DNA of 64,000 bases from Macrostomum lignano (lineage: Eukaryota): NCBI GenBank assembly GCA_002269645.1, contig NIVC01003248.1:1-64000 (forward strand), written 5' to 3'. Each line of letters starts with the position of its first letter. Within the stretch, counting starts at the first letter, position 1. This document shows positions 24,029-37,326 of this stretch, in pieces. The translations under genes were made by a program, and so were the position numbers. The notes under the pieces are model-generated. The model made no database searches. It saw only the letters and a program-made list of their open reading frames with translations, and was not told the origin of the DNA.

Positions 24029-25139
24029 CTATTGTCCGTTTCGAGAGTTTTGGCCTTTCCGGCTATGAATGATTCAATTGGAGAAAAACTTTTGGATGGA
24101 CAATTATTGCCTTGTAACCAGTGGCATCTCACGCATGCTTATTCTGTCCTTCATGTCTATTTTCCTATCCAAGATTATTTTCTAGCTAGCGGAGTCGCAC
24201 GTGAAATTTATATATTTTAACCTTTACTGCTCACACACCCGGTTCAATCAGTGGAGCTTGTCCAGCAGGACTAAGGGCTGTTTCTTTGGAAATTTTTCAA
24301 AGAACCGCAGAAGCGCTTTAGAAGGCAACTTTATTTACTGCTCTAACGCACAGGCACAAATTCACTGAGTTATTTAACTATTGCCACACCTGAGCAAATT
24401 GCTTATTAAATCTACTCGACATAAAATATAAAAACTTCCCACTCAACCTGAAGTAGCTCGTAATATTTTTGCACTGTGCGAGCACCCGGCTTTTCCAATG
24501 GAGTCACACGAGCGGCTGGTGCAGTTTCAAGTTGCTATTCATTTTGCTGGGACAACGTCAGCTTCAAGTCAGCTGAGACTGGGGGTGTATGCGATCGGAT
24601 TCGCACAGCATGGCAACTGCAGCCCACTACCAGTGAGTTGAACGGCACTGAGCGGGGTCATTGTTCTAAAACATCGATCACGAATGCGACTAAAATCTGA
24701 TCGCTCTGATGACTGAGCATCTCATGCCCTGATCTCTTTCAAAAGGCTCTTTGTTTCTTTGTTTAAATCCATTAATAAAGAACTTTTAAACCAGAGTTTC
24801 AGTGGCAACAATGGTCTGGTCTTCGAACAGACGAACTCTGAAAGCAATGGGCAAGATTTTTGTCATCTGATATCGTTCTACCCTGCTCAAACTTGTTTTA
24901 GCATCCCTGCCAAGAAGTGATTCTTTTTGGAACTTTTAGAAATTGATAGCGTAGAGAATTTGAAAATTTTTTTAAGTCGTTAAGCAGACATGCTTTGTTT
25001 CAATGCTCAGCTCAATGGAAGAGTCTGTCGCACTAAGGAGCTGCATGAAATGCATCATATGAAATGTGTAATAAACAGCCGGATGGAGCCGTTTATTCAT
25101 ATCATTGATTATTTATCACATCTATATGCTCATCGCTTG

Positions 25140-25630
25140 TTCTGGTGTGGCATGGCATACCACTGGTGTGGCATGATATACTACTGGTGTGGCATGATAT
25201 ACTACTGGTGTGGCATGATATACTACTGGTGTGGCATGATATACTACTGGTGTGGCATGATATCCTACTGGTGTGGCATGGCATACTACTGGTGTGGCAT
25301 GATATACTACTGGTGTGGCATGATATACTACTGGTGTGGCATGATATACTACTGGTGTGGCATGATATACTACTGGTGTGGCATGATATACTACTGGTGT
25401 GGCATGATATACTACTGGTGTGGCATGATATACTACTGGTGTGGCATGATATACTACTGGTGTGGCATGATATACTACTGGTGTGGCATGATATACTACT
25501 GGTGTGGCATGACATACTACTGGTGTGGCATGATATACTACTGGTGTGGCATGACATACTACTGGTGTGGCATGGCATACTACTGGTGTGGCATGACATA
25601 CTACTGGTGTGGCATGACATACTACTGGTA
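25140..25630. repeat. 21-bp minisatellite (ctggtgtggcatgatatacta), about 23 copies
   Basis: Direct reading. Confidence 0.96.
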
Positions 25631-26290
25631 GTGCCAGCATTCTTAATTCATTATCTAGTAGAGACTGCCCCATCTTTTTTTTGAAACGTTGAATGAACAA
25701 AAATAGTTTTCGATGTAAGGATAGCTAACAAACCAGTGACATCGCCCCCCCCCCCAAATGAACTGTTAAATAAAGAGCCTAAGAAGACGACTTGAATGGT
25801 CAAAGCTGTAGATTAAAAACATTCCAAATTTTTTTTTACACCTGAAGCACCCAAAAGCCTCTTAGCTGCTTCGTTGTGAACTTTGCTCAGCGCAACGAAT
25901 CTGACCAATTCAAAGTCCACGCAGCCTCGCCGCTGTTTGCCAACAATCCTGGAATTCATTTCACCTCGCAGCCTGTCGGACTGCTGGGGCTGCCCAGCCG
26001 GGCGATCCGCTGCCTCCACCCTCCCGCATTCCTCAGCACCGGCGGGTGTGGCGAGTGGCGGCCAGATTTGGATTCAGTTTTCAGAGAAAACAACACCCGA
26101 GAGCCGGGGGCCGCTCGCTAAAACCAGTCCAAGATGAAGCTTTGCACAGCCCTTGCAGTTCGGTCCGGGTAACCGGAGTTCGAGTTTGATAAAATTGATT
26201 GATATTCGGGTATTTATGGAAAATATTTCATCTTTATTGGTACAGTATAAAATGAACTGCTGGTCTATTCCATAGACAAATTAAAGGAGT

Positions 26291-26711
26291 GGATTGCTAA
26301 TCTACCTGGATGCACTGGATAAGGAATGACAAGGATTGCTAATCTATGCACTGGATAAAGGAATGGCATGGATTGCTAATCTATGCACTGGATAAAGGAA
26401 TAGCATGGATTGCTAATCTATGCACTGGATAAAGGAATAGCATGGATTGCTAATCTATGCACTGGATAAAGGAATAGCATGGATTGCTAATCTATGCACT
26501 GGATAAAGGAATAGCATGGATTGCTAATCTATGCACTGGATAAAGGAATAGCATGGATTGCTAATCTATGCACTGGATAAAGGAATAGCATGGATTGCTA
26601 ATCTATGCACTGGATAAAGGAATAGCATGGATTGCTAATCTATGCACTGGATAAAGGAATAGCATGGATTGCTAATCTATGCACTGGATAAAGGAATAGC
26701 ATGGATTGCTA
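26291..26711. repeat. 37-bp minisatellite (ggattgctaatctatgcactggataaaggaatagcat), about 11 copies
   Basis: tagcat recurs at 26401 and 26438. Confidence 0.95.
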
Positions 26712-27149
26712 GTTCTTACTAGTGCATCTACCGTAAAAATAAAAAATAAATCTGTAATTATAACAGATAATTCTTAAATACTTAAGAATACTTAAAATCT
26801 TAAATACTCTAAGATTCTCTGCAAGCGGCACCGCAGAAGCGCAGAGCCAATGATGACTTGCCGCCTCTGGGCAGCCAATGGTTGCCAGGGGATTCAGAGC
26901 GAAATTGCTCAGCTGGGTAGCTGAGTGAAAAGCAGCGTTTGCGCTGGAGCAGCCGCAGCCATAGCTTGTCTCCGAGGCGGATATCGAACTGCAGTTGTTG
27001 AAGGTCATGGTGAGTTTATTTGACCAATTATTGATTCAAACTCTTGGCCTCGTGTCACACAGCTGTGAGACCGCGATGGAACAATAGGCAATCTAAATAT
27101 TATGATTTTTAGTATAGGCTTTCGTGTTAAACGGGCAAGGCACAGGATA

Positions 27150-27672
27150 GAGAGGGTAGAGAGGGTAGGGAATACAGAAATAGACAGGGGTAGATGGGAT
27201 AAACAGGAATAGACAGGGATAGGCAGGGATAGACAGGGATGGACAGGAATAGACAGGGATAGACAGTGATTGATAGGGATAGACAGGGATAGACAGGGAT
27301 AGACAGGGAAAGACAGGGATAGACAGGAATGGACAGGGATAGACAGTGATAGACAGGGATAGACAGGGATAGGCAGGGATAGACAGGGATGGACAGGAAT
27401 AGACAGGGATAGACAGTGATTGATAGGGATAGACAGGGATAGACAGGGATAGACAGGGAAAGACAGGGAAAGACAGGGGAAGACAGGGAAAGACAGGGAT
27501 ATGCAGGGATAGACAGGGAAAGACAGGGAAAGACAGGGAAAGACAGGGATAGGCAGGGATAGACAGGGAAAGACAGGGAAAGACAGGGAAAGACAGGGAT
27601 AGGCAGGGATAGACAGGGAAAGACAGGGAAAGACAGGGAAAGACAGGGATAGGCAGGGATAGACAGGGAAAG
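27150..27672. repeat. 10-bp purine-rich repeat (agacagggat / agacagggaa), about 50 copies
   Basis: Direct reading. Confidence 0.93.
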
Positions 27673-28091
27673 AGAGGCAATGACAGACAAAAAGGCCAAG
27701 CAGAGGACAGGCGGTGGCACAAGAGAGGGCAGGAAGGCCTGCCCACCGAGGACCTCGGGCCAAAGTATGCTCGGCAAAAAAGTTGAGTCCTCGAAGTACC
27801 CAGCGCCTAAACCTGGATAGGAAGTGAATCCCCAGACAGCCGTGACTGAAAAGAGGCCGCAGGCAATGAGGATTCGAGTTCCTCTGCTGCGGTGCATCGC
27901 GCAGCTTTGCTCGCGAAGCTGTCTGAGAAGGGCAGGGCGGAAAGTGAATAATTCAGTGCTTTGCAGCTCTGGAGCTGGAGAACTTTGCCAGGGAGAATGA
28001 TGAAGCGGGGGAGACTGTGGGGAAGCAGCCGCTCTAGATGCTAAGTAGGTTGAAATCCCAGATGCATTGGTAAGCCATCTTAATGGAGATG

Positions 28092-28484
<393 letters not shown>

Positions 28485-29209
28485 CACGGTGGATGTGATC
28501 AGCGTCATAATAAATGTCCCTCCCAGCCAGTCAGTCCACAGCCCATGACTCACAGTCGCCATGTCCATCCCGTCTCTCCTTCGCCCCTGTCTACCATCAT
28601 CGCTCATAATCCCTTGGGTGCTCATAAACAGGGCGGTAATTGAATTCCGCTCTGACAGCCGCAGCCCTGCGCCGCGCTCTCAAAGGGATTAACGGAGTCA
28701 GGCAAAGCGACTTGCGGCCCACCCGCCTCCCTCAGAGGAGCTGGCCGGGTGACTCAGCCGCTGCCCCAGCCGGTGCTTGTCGCTGACCTTGCCGAGGTGA
28801 GCCGCTGAGTCGGGCCGGCTAAAGTCAGAATTGATTTATGAGTCAGCGCTGCCTCGGCGCCTCTGGGCTCTCGACTGATCGCGTCTTCTTGCAAATTCTG
28901 AGTGTAAGAAGTGAAAGTTAAGGATGAGTCTGCAGTGCGGTATTCCCATTGATGAAGTGGAGGCAATGCTCGGGAATCGATCGAGTCGCTGACGCGGCGT
29001 TGAAGTTCCTTATGTAATGACTGATATTTGGAGTCATTTCAAACGAACGCAGGGTTCAGCACTGGCTGAAATTGAGAACTTTCTCTCCGTAGATGTTTCT
29101 CACTCTCGTGCAGCCTGTAGTTCAAATTTTGCAGAGTTGCGCACGACCTTGAAAAAATCCACCGATAGCGGCGGGATCCATAAAGTTTTCTATAAAACTG
29201 TGAAGCTCT

Positions 29210-29469
29210 GTACGCACTTGTTGTCGCGCGATTCGAACCCATGAGGGTACGCACTTGTTGTCGCGCGATTCGAACCCATGAGGGTACGCACTTGTTGTCG
29301 CGCGATTCGAACCCATGAGGGTACGCACTTGTTGTCGCGCGATTCAAACCCATGAGGGTACGCACTTGTTGTCGCGCGATTCAAACCCATGAGGGTACGC
29401 ACTTGTTGTCGCGCGATTCGAGCCCATGAGGGTACGCACTTGTTGTCGCGCGATTCGAGCCCATGAGGG
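29210..29469 (-). repeat. 37-bp tandem repeat, 7 copies, with a B-box-like motif (GGGTTCGAATC), attached to a tRNA-like/SINE head at 29470-29520
   Basis: atgaggg recurs every 37 bp from 29241 to 29463; the head sequence is shared with the CYP intron at 13260-13305. Confidence 0.85.
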
Positions 29470-29576
29470 CAAACCCGAGCATGCCTGACGATTAGAAAGC
29501 CAGGGGCGCTGTACACCCTGTGTGAGCGAGTGCATGAGTTCGTGCCTGCGCACAGCGCTGGCTGTGGGGTTCACTA

Positions 29577-32500
29577 ATGAGTGCTCGCAAAGATTTGAGT
29601 TACCCTGGGTTTCTCCCGACTTCCCGACCCCAGACTCTGGCCGGGCTTCTTGCCAGCCTCATCCTCATCGGCGTCGGCCGGCCCGATGTTTTGGCCGCGG
29701 ATCCTCGGCCTCGCGCCGCTGTCATCCTGCAGACGCCCGCCGGCTCTGTGGTGGCCGGCACCGAGGCCGTCCTGACCTGCCAGCTGGCGCAGACCGTCAG
29801 CGGAGCCGCCGACTCGCTGCGCCCTGCCGCCAGGCTGCGGTGGCGCCGAATCGACGGCGTCAAACTGGGCGCGGCCGGCAGGGTCCGGCAAGTCAACGGG
29901 ACGCTGCGGATGGCGCCAGTGCTGATGTCGGATGCTGCGGAGTACGAATGCGTGGCCTCTACGGAAAGTGAGTGAGCTCATGCGCTTTACTTGCTTGAGC
30001 CTTCCTTTGTGCTATTAATGCTGAGAAAACCCGCCCTGCCAACTCAAGCCGGTCAGCTGAAGTCGCCGCCAGCCCAGCTCACCGTGGTCCCAGCGGAGTC
30101 GGCAAAGTCTGCAGCCGGCCGGCCCGTCTTTGAAGTTCAACCGCGCGATCAGACGGTGCTGACTGGCGAGTCGGCGACCTTCCACTGCTCCGCCACGTTG
30201 GCTGCGAGCGGCTCCGGCGTCTGGCAGCGACGACGGCCCGCGCTCAACTGGCGTCGAGAGTCGCTTGATGGCAAGCCGCGACCGATGCCGCCTCCTGCAC
30301 GAATTCAGCTGCTGGACAACGGCTCGCTCACCCTGACTGGCGTGCTTGCCGCCGATGCCGGCAGGTGAGTTGTGGAGCTGCTGACTTTTCCAGAGTTTCT
30401 GTGCAGCACCTGACCAATCATGGGTCATGAATCTGTGCCGCACCTGACCAATCATCGGTCATGAATCTGTGCCGCACCTGACCAATCATCGGTCATGAAT
30501 CTGTGCCGCACCTGACCAATCATCGGTCATGAATCTGTGCCGCACCTGACCAATCATCGGTCATGAATCTGTACCGCTTCAATAGATTACTTCAGTTGAT
30601 TAACCAATGTCGCGCCGCAGGTACGTATGCGAGGCCGCCAGCGCGGTGGGTCCAGCTGCCGAGTCGGCGGCTTGCCTGACGGTGCTTCGGCGGCCGACTT
30701 TCACGGAAACGCCAGCTGACGTGACCGCGACCGTCGGCGACCGCATCGTGCTCGCTTGCCGCGCGGTGGGCAACCCACCGCCGACCGTCTACTGGTCCAA
30801 GGGCTTTGTCGACAAGCACCCGGACGATGACAGCGACGATGGCCTGCGCGTCGGGCCCGATGGTTCGCTGACGATATCGCCAGTGGAGCGCAGCCACGCC
30901 GGTCAGTTCCAGTGCCACGCCACCAACGCCGTCGGCTCAGCGCAGGCTGCCGCTCTGCTGCACGTTGTCGATTCTCCAGCCAGGTCGCCGTCTACTGCCG
31001 CCGTTCCGCTGTTCGCCGAGGGACCGCCGGAAGCGGCTTTTGTAGCTGAGGGCTCCCGGCTCCGGCTGCCCTGCCGTCTGGCCGAGCCTGTTGAAGGCAG
31101 CCGCGTCATCTGGCGGCGCGGGCGCTCCAGCAGCGACCAGCGCGAGCAGCTGCGGGCGGAGACGGATGGCAGCTGGCTGGTCGCCTCGGCTCGGCTTTCG
31201 GACTCCGGAAGCTACACCTGCGCGGCAGAAGTTCCCGGCTTCGGTGTCACGGAGTGGCCGGGCGCTGTCAACGTCACCGTCCTCGGCGGCGCAGCCCGGC
31301 TGCCAGCGCCGCCCATCAAGCGGTCGCCCCCAAAAGCGCCGAAATCCGTTGAAGTTTTGGACGCTGGGGGCGACTGGGCGCTGCTGCGAGTTGCGGACGC
31401 GTGCGGTCGCGTTTATCGGCTCGAGAGGCAGTGCACCGGACATCAGAGCTGGCGCCGGTACGCAGGTGAGAACAGGCGATTGCTGCTGCGGACACAGTCC
31501 GATGTACGCAAGAAATTTTACACCGAAAAAAAGATTTTCTGTTCTTTTGCTTCAGTCAGTAATTTAGAGCTTGGGAGAGCGACCCAATGGCGGCTGGGTC
31601 ACAAAACAGAGTCAAAGGGCGCCGTAGTTAGCAAGCAGGCAGCCGATGATTACGAGTTTGCACCTGGCACGAGTTTGCACGAGTTTGCTTTGGGTTCACG
31701 ATATTTGACTGCTCCAGTTAGACTGGCCAGCATTTGACTACCACAAACTGACTGACAACCGCAACTCTAACCCAACCCTAACCCTAGCCCTAACCCTAAC
31801 CATATCCCTTACCCTAACCCTAGCCCTAACCAGTGTCTGTATGAGTCTCTTGCTCTCAGTATTAAAGTTTATTCGCTCGATCCATTGAAACATTCGTCAG
31901 TTTCTGACGCTGAAAATTGAAATTGAGACAAATGTGTTACGAGTTACAATTATCGATCGCAACTGGAGTACATTACCGTCTCTCGTCGCTCGAACTCCCA
32001 CCGTCCAGGTCTGTTCGAGTCCCGCCTGCTGAAAGCTGACGGCCTGCCCGCCGAGTCCGAGTGCCGCTTCGTGGCTCGGGCCGTCACAGACTGCGGCGAA
32101 GCCCTCCTAGACTCCGCGGCTCAGCGGCCGCTGTCGGAGCCGTCGGGCGTATCAGCGCCGGTGCGCACCCCCCGGCTGAAACGGCGCCGGCACTGGCGAC
32201 GGCTGGAGCTGCGGGCTGGCGAGGGTCCCGGTGTGCCGGTGCGCGTTAGGGACCTGGCCGTCACGGTTGGTTCAGGGCGCAACCGGGTCGAGGGTTGGGA
32301 AATCTCGGGCTGATGGAAATGCAGCAGACGAACCAAAGCTTAGACAACTAAAACCGCCACTACTCATAGTATAAAGGTGAAATATATTTAACCTTTTGCC
32401 AGCCGCTTGACCGCTCGCTCTCCGTCGCCTCGTGGCGTCTCGAAGGCACCGCAGCGGCCCGCGCCCAAGTCATTGGATTCCGCGTCACCTACCGCCTGGA

Positions 32501-34800
32501 GCCGCTCAGCAACTGCTTAGCAACCGCCACCGTTGCTCCCGCTGCTGCTGATGACTCGCTGGTCGCTGGAGCCGCGGGATACTGCTCGCTCAAGGCGGGC
32601 CCAGCAGCCACAGTGGAGCACCTCCAGGATGCTAAGCTCGCCTTCCAGCATGGCGGGGCTTCGATGCCCGCCCTGGAGGATGAGACTGTCGACGTAGTGG
32701 CTGCAACCGATTACAAGGAGGGCCGCCTGCGGCACCACGCCCTGCTGCAGCGCCCGATGCTCTCCTTTGCCTGCTACTCGGTGCTGGTCCGGCCGCTGCC
32801 ACTGGGCGTCCCGGAGCGGCGACTCAGCCTTACGAGGGAGGCCGCACCATCCGCAGCTCCGACGAGCATCACGGCCGAGTGGCTGCCTGAAGTCGCGGGC
32901 AGCCAGCAGCTCCGAGTCGCCTGGATGGCGCCACCATTCAACCAGCGCAATGGCATCCTGACGGCAACGCAAATTTACATCTTCGGCCCGAGCGCCGATG
33001 GTGAGGGCTGGAAACCGGCAGCCGTGAAGCCGCTCAGCGTCCCGTGGCCGGCTCGGTCGGTGAACCTGAGCGGCTTGAGCCCCGGGCGCGGCTACAGCCT
33101 GATTCTCTCCTCGGCAAACTGCATGGGCGAGGGCGTTCGCTCCGCTCCGCTGCACGTCGGCCGGGGACTCCTCGGCGATGACGCCTGGTGGCGCGACCGG
33201 CGCCGGCTGGCGGCCTCGGCGGCGCGTGGGCCCGGCTTCCTGGCCGCGATGGCCGGCGGCGCCTGCCTCTGGCTTGGCCTGTGCGCCTTTGTGGCCTACG
33301 CCGTGCGGAGGCGCAGCGGCGGCTGGCTGACGCGGAGCTTCGCGCTGCGGGACGCAACGCCGCTTCCGCGTGGCGAGAAATCGGCAGCGCCGGCGATGAC
33401 CTCGGCGGACTCCTTCCCGCTGCTGCTGCCGCCGCTGCTGCAGCCCGCGTGGCGTCACCAGGAGCGCCAGCAGCAGCCATCGCTGGCCGGCCCGCAACAG
33501 CCGCCAGTGCGCGCCGCATCGCCCTACGCCAGCGCCAGCGTCGTGCGGCGAGTCGCCGGCCTCAGCGATGAATACAGTCTGGGTGGCGGTGGCAGTGCGG
33601 AGGCAGCTTCTGACAGGTCACGACTCATGACTATGCGTACAGGGCGCTTTAGCCAAGAACACTTGGATAATCTAACATTCTTCAGTATGCTCAAAATCTC
33701 AAAGTAAATCTAAGGCCTATTTGAACTGTGCATTGGGGATCGGCCCTTATAGGCGCTAATCAACCATTTTTGTACACCAGCCCTAAACTGCTGGTGACTT
33801 TTGCCCCAGAGAGGCAGACAGGCTACCGCCCTGCTGCACAGGCCACCCACCTATTGAACGCAATCTCTAAGCAGTAAATTTAATCCAAGATCATCGAGAT
33901 TCTCCTGCAGAAGCTGCCGCTAGCACCGCTGCCCGCCTCTTTTTCCAACAGATTCACCCGGACGCCCGACGCATTCAACAGTCAGGGGCAGCCTGGCGGC
34001 AGCTTCTCGCAGCCTCCCAGTCTGCCGCTTCATCAGCAGAGCCCCGGTTTGGACGGCCACCTGAGCCGCAGCAGCCGCTGCCGCCGAATCCGCCGCCGAC
34101 GCCGCCGCCACCGCCGCCGATTCCGGGAGCTGTCGGTGTCGACTTCGGACAGCGACGAGCTGCGCGCTGCAGCGGAGGCGGCGGCGACTGCAGCAGGAGT
34201 GCCATTCGCCATCTGACTGCCATTCGCCATCTGACTGCCATTTGCCATCTGACTGCCATTCGCCATCTGACTGCCATTCGCCATATGACTGCCATTTGCC
34301 ATCTGACTGCCATTTGCCATCTGACTGCCATTCGCCATCTGACTGCCATTTGCCATCTGACTGCCATTTGCCATCTGACTGCCATTCGCCATCTGACTGG
34401 CATTCGCCATCTGACTGGCATTCGCCATCTGACTGGCATTCGCCATCTGACTGGCATTCGCCATCTGACTGGCATTCGCCATCTGACTGGCATTCGCCAT
34501 CTGACTGGCATTCGCCATCTGACTGGCATTCGCCATCTGACTGGCATTCGCCATCTGACTGGCATTCGCCATCTGACTGGCATTCGCCATCTGACTGGCA
34601 TTCGCCATCTGACTGGCATTCGCCATCTGACTGGCATTCGCCATCTGACTGGCATTCGCCATCTGACTGGCATTCGCCATCTGACTGGCATTCGCCGTAG
34701 CCGTTTTGGCCTGATGTTTCACGAGTTTATAGACTTTAACTTGGCTACTGAAGATCAGGAAATGTCAAATAACTACAGAAATTCACAGCCAATGCATTAA
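29577..34800 (+). CDS. robo: Roundabout-like receptor: signal peptide, 4 Ig, 3 FN3, TM, CC1/CC2-like motifs; about 1290 aa (exons 29577-29967, 30049-30364, 30621-31465, 32009-32265, 32403-33616, 33951-34800)
   Basis: Ig Cys/Trp/YxC motifs; FN3-3 WMAPPFNQRNGIL; Robo-type TM PGFLAAMAGGACLWLGL; SPYASASVV (CC1-like); LPPNPPPTPPPPPP (CC2-like); phases consistent. The end of exon 4 and the extent of the last exon are less certain. Confidence 0.8.
30407..30575. repeat. 34-bp intronic minisatellite, about 5 copies
   Basis: gtcatga recurs at 30424 and 30458. Confidence 0.9.
31767..31831. repeat. Degenerate (CCCTAA)n telomere-like tract in a Robo intron
   Basis: ctaacccaaccctaaccctagccctaaccctaac...accctaaccctagccctaacc. 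Confidence 0.7.
34201..34697. repeat. 18-bp minisatellite (gccattcgccatctgact), about 27 copies, in frame with the last Robo exon
   Basis: Direct reading; frame open from 33951 to the stop at 34800. Confidence 0.95.
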
Positions 34801-35847
34801 TTAGAACGTATTCATCAACTTGACTCACACGTACTGGTTCTCAATTGGGTACGTACTATGAGGAGGACATCTCATAGACAGGTGGTGTCTCCTCACCTCT
34901 ACTGCCAACGGTTCTTGGAATGTCGCTTGAAAAATGAACGCAAATGAACCAGCTTTGCTTCTGCGGTGTAATTTGTATTCTATTTAAAGGAAAAAACAAA
35001 ATATATTTGACTGTAAATAATCGTAAATATGCATTGGAATATTATTTGCTGATTAACTAACTAAAAAGATATTACAGTTTTCACAGGTAGCTATTCAGGA
35101 TCTTCTGTAAGTGCTTGACAGGATACTGTGATAGCAAATGGTATTTTACTCGTAGATTTACATTCACAACATTCGCATTCACAACATTCACGACTGTGCT
35201 AAATTGTTACCGTAAAATGAAGTTATGCTTGAAGGATTTCTTTAACAGTTAAGACAAATAGGTTAGCAATTTCTTTGCTTGCTACTCTTAGTAACAATAC
35301 AGTCATTTGCAGCAAGAAAGTACGACATAAGAACTAACAAATTTAAATATTTTTATTGGTTAGACAGGGAATGAAATTAGTTGTGTCGGTGTGACTAAGT
35401 GATTGCGGAGTGACTGAAATATCAAATGAGTGATTTTGGAACGGAGTGACTGAGATGTCAAACAAGTGATTGAACCGAAGCCCAGAAATCTGCTGTGGGA
35501 GCAGTCAGAGCTCAGTCCCAAGGATCCCCTGGAGACTGAGTGCACAGCGCACACATAATTACGCTGATTGTCCCTTGACGACGGGCGGCGGGCAGCCAGG
35601 CCAGAGTAAAAGCAAACTTGGCTTGAAACTCTGCTTCGGGTCAGCAATCTGCAATCGGAGCCTGCAAGAGCAGAAGCAAATCGATGTCTGAGAGCTGCTG
35701 CTGCTGGGAGGCGATAAGATGGACCGAAGGCAGAAGTTAATTGCTTGGCCTGGAAATGAGTTTTGATTGAGTGCTGGCTGGCAGGAGATGCGCAGGGCCG
35801 TCACTGTCCCATGCTTCAAGTCAGTGCTTCAAGTTAGTTCCACTGAG

Positions 35848-37240
35848 TGTGGCTCTGTTCTAGATGTGTTGTAGGTCTGTTCTAGATGTGTTGTAGGTCT
35901 GTTCTAGATGTGTTGTGGGTCTGTTCTAGATGTGTTGTGGGTCTGTTCTAGATGTGTTGTGGGTCTGTTCTAGATGTGTTGTGGGTCTGTTCTAGATGTG
36001 TTGTGGGTCTGTTCTAGATGTGTTGTGGGTCTGTTCTAGATGTGTTGTGGCTTTGTTCTAGAGTGTTGTGGGTCTGTTCTAGATGTGTTGTGGGTCTGTT
36101 CTAGATGTGTTGTGGGTCTGTTCTAGATGTGTTGTGGGTCTGTTCTAGATGTGTTGTGGGTCTGTTCTAGATGTGTTGTGGGTCTGTTCTAGATGCGTTG
36201 TGGCTTTGTTCTAGATGTGTTATAGGTCTGTTCTAAATGTGTTGTGGGTCTGTTCTAGATGTGTTGTGGGTCTGTTCTAGATGCGTTGTGGCTTTGTTCT
36301 AGATGTGTTATAGGTCTGTTCTAAATGTGTTGTGGGTCTGTTCTAGATGTGTTGTAGGTCTGTTCTAGATGTGTTGTGGGTCTGTTCTAGATGTGTTGTG
36401 GCTTTGTTCTAGAGTGTTGTGGGTCTGTTCTAGATGCGTTGTGGTTCTGTTCTAGATGTGTTGTGGGTCTGTTCTAGATGCGTTGTGGTTCTGTTCTAGA
36501 TGTGTTGTGGGTCTGTTCTAGATGTGTTGTGGGTCTGTTCTAGATGTGTTGTGGGTCTGTTCTAGATGCGTTGTGGCTTTGTTCTAGATGTGTTATAGGT
36601 CTGTTCTAAATGTGTTGTGGGTCTGTTCTAGATGTGTTGTGGGTCTGTTCTAGATGCGTTGTGGCTTTGTTCTAGATGTGTTATAGGTCTGTTCTAAATG
36701 TGTTGTGGGTCTGTTCTAGATGTGTTGTAGGTCTGTTCTAGATGTGTTGTGGGTCTGTTCTAGATGTGTTGTGGCTTTGTTCTAGAGTGTTGTGGGTCTG
36801 TTCTAGATGCGTTGTGGTTCTGTTCTAGATGTGTTGTGGGTCTGTTCTAGATGCGTTGTGGGTCTGTTCTAGATGTGTTGTGGCTTTGTTCTAGAGTGTT
36901 GTGGGTCTGTTCTAGATGCGTTGTGGTTCTGTTCTAGATGTGTTGTGGGTCTGTTCTAGATGTGTTGTGGCTTTGTTCTAGAGTGTTGTGGGTCTGTTCT
37001 AGATGCGTTGTGGTTCTGTTCTAGATGTGTTGTGGGTCTGTTCTAGATGCGTTGTGGGTCTGTTCTAGATGTGTTGTGGCTTTGTTCTAGAGTGTTGTGG
37101 GTCTGTTCTAGATGCGTTGTGGTTCTGTTCTAGATGTGTTGTGGGTCTGTTCTAGATGCGTTGTGGTTCTGTTCTAGATGTGTTGTAGGTCTGTTCTAGA
37201 TGTGTTGTGGTTCTGTTCTAGATACGTTGTGGGTCTGTTT
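35848..37240. repeat. 22-bp minisatellite (gttctagatgtgttgtgggtct), about 62 copies
   Basis: Direct reading. Confidence 0.96.
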
Positions 37241-37326
37241 CCCAATTAAGTCATTCGCCGGTTCAATACTGTAGTCAAAACCGCTTCAGCTGCTCGCATT
37301 CACTACACTGCTGTGCTGAGGCTGCA

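Noticed and set aside
33975-34722. Minus-strand (ANASQM)n and (MPVRWR)n ORFs
   Set aside because: Antisense to the Robo polyproline exon; by-products of the 18-bp unit.
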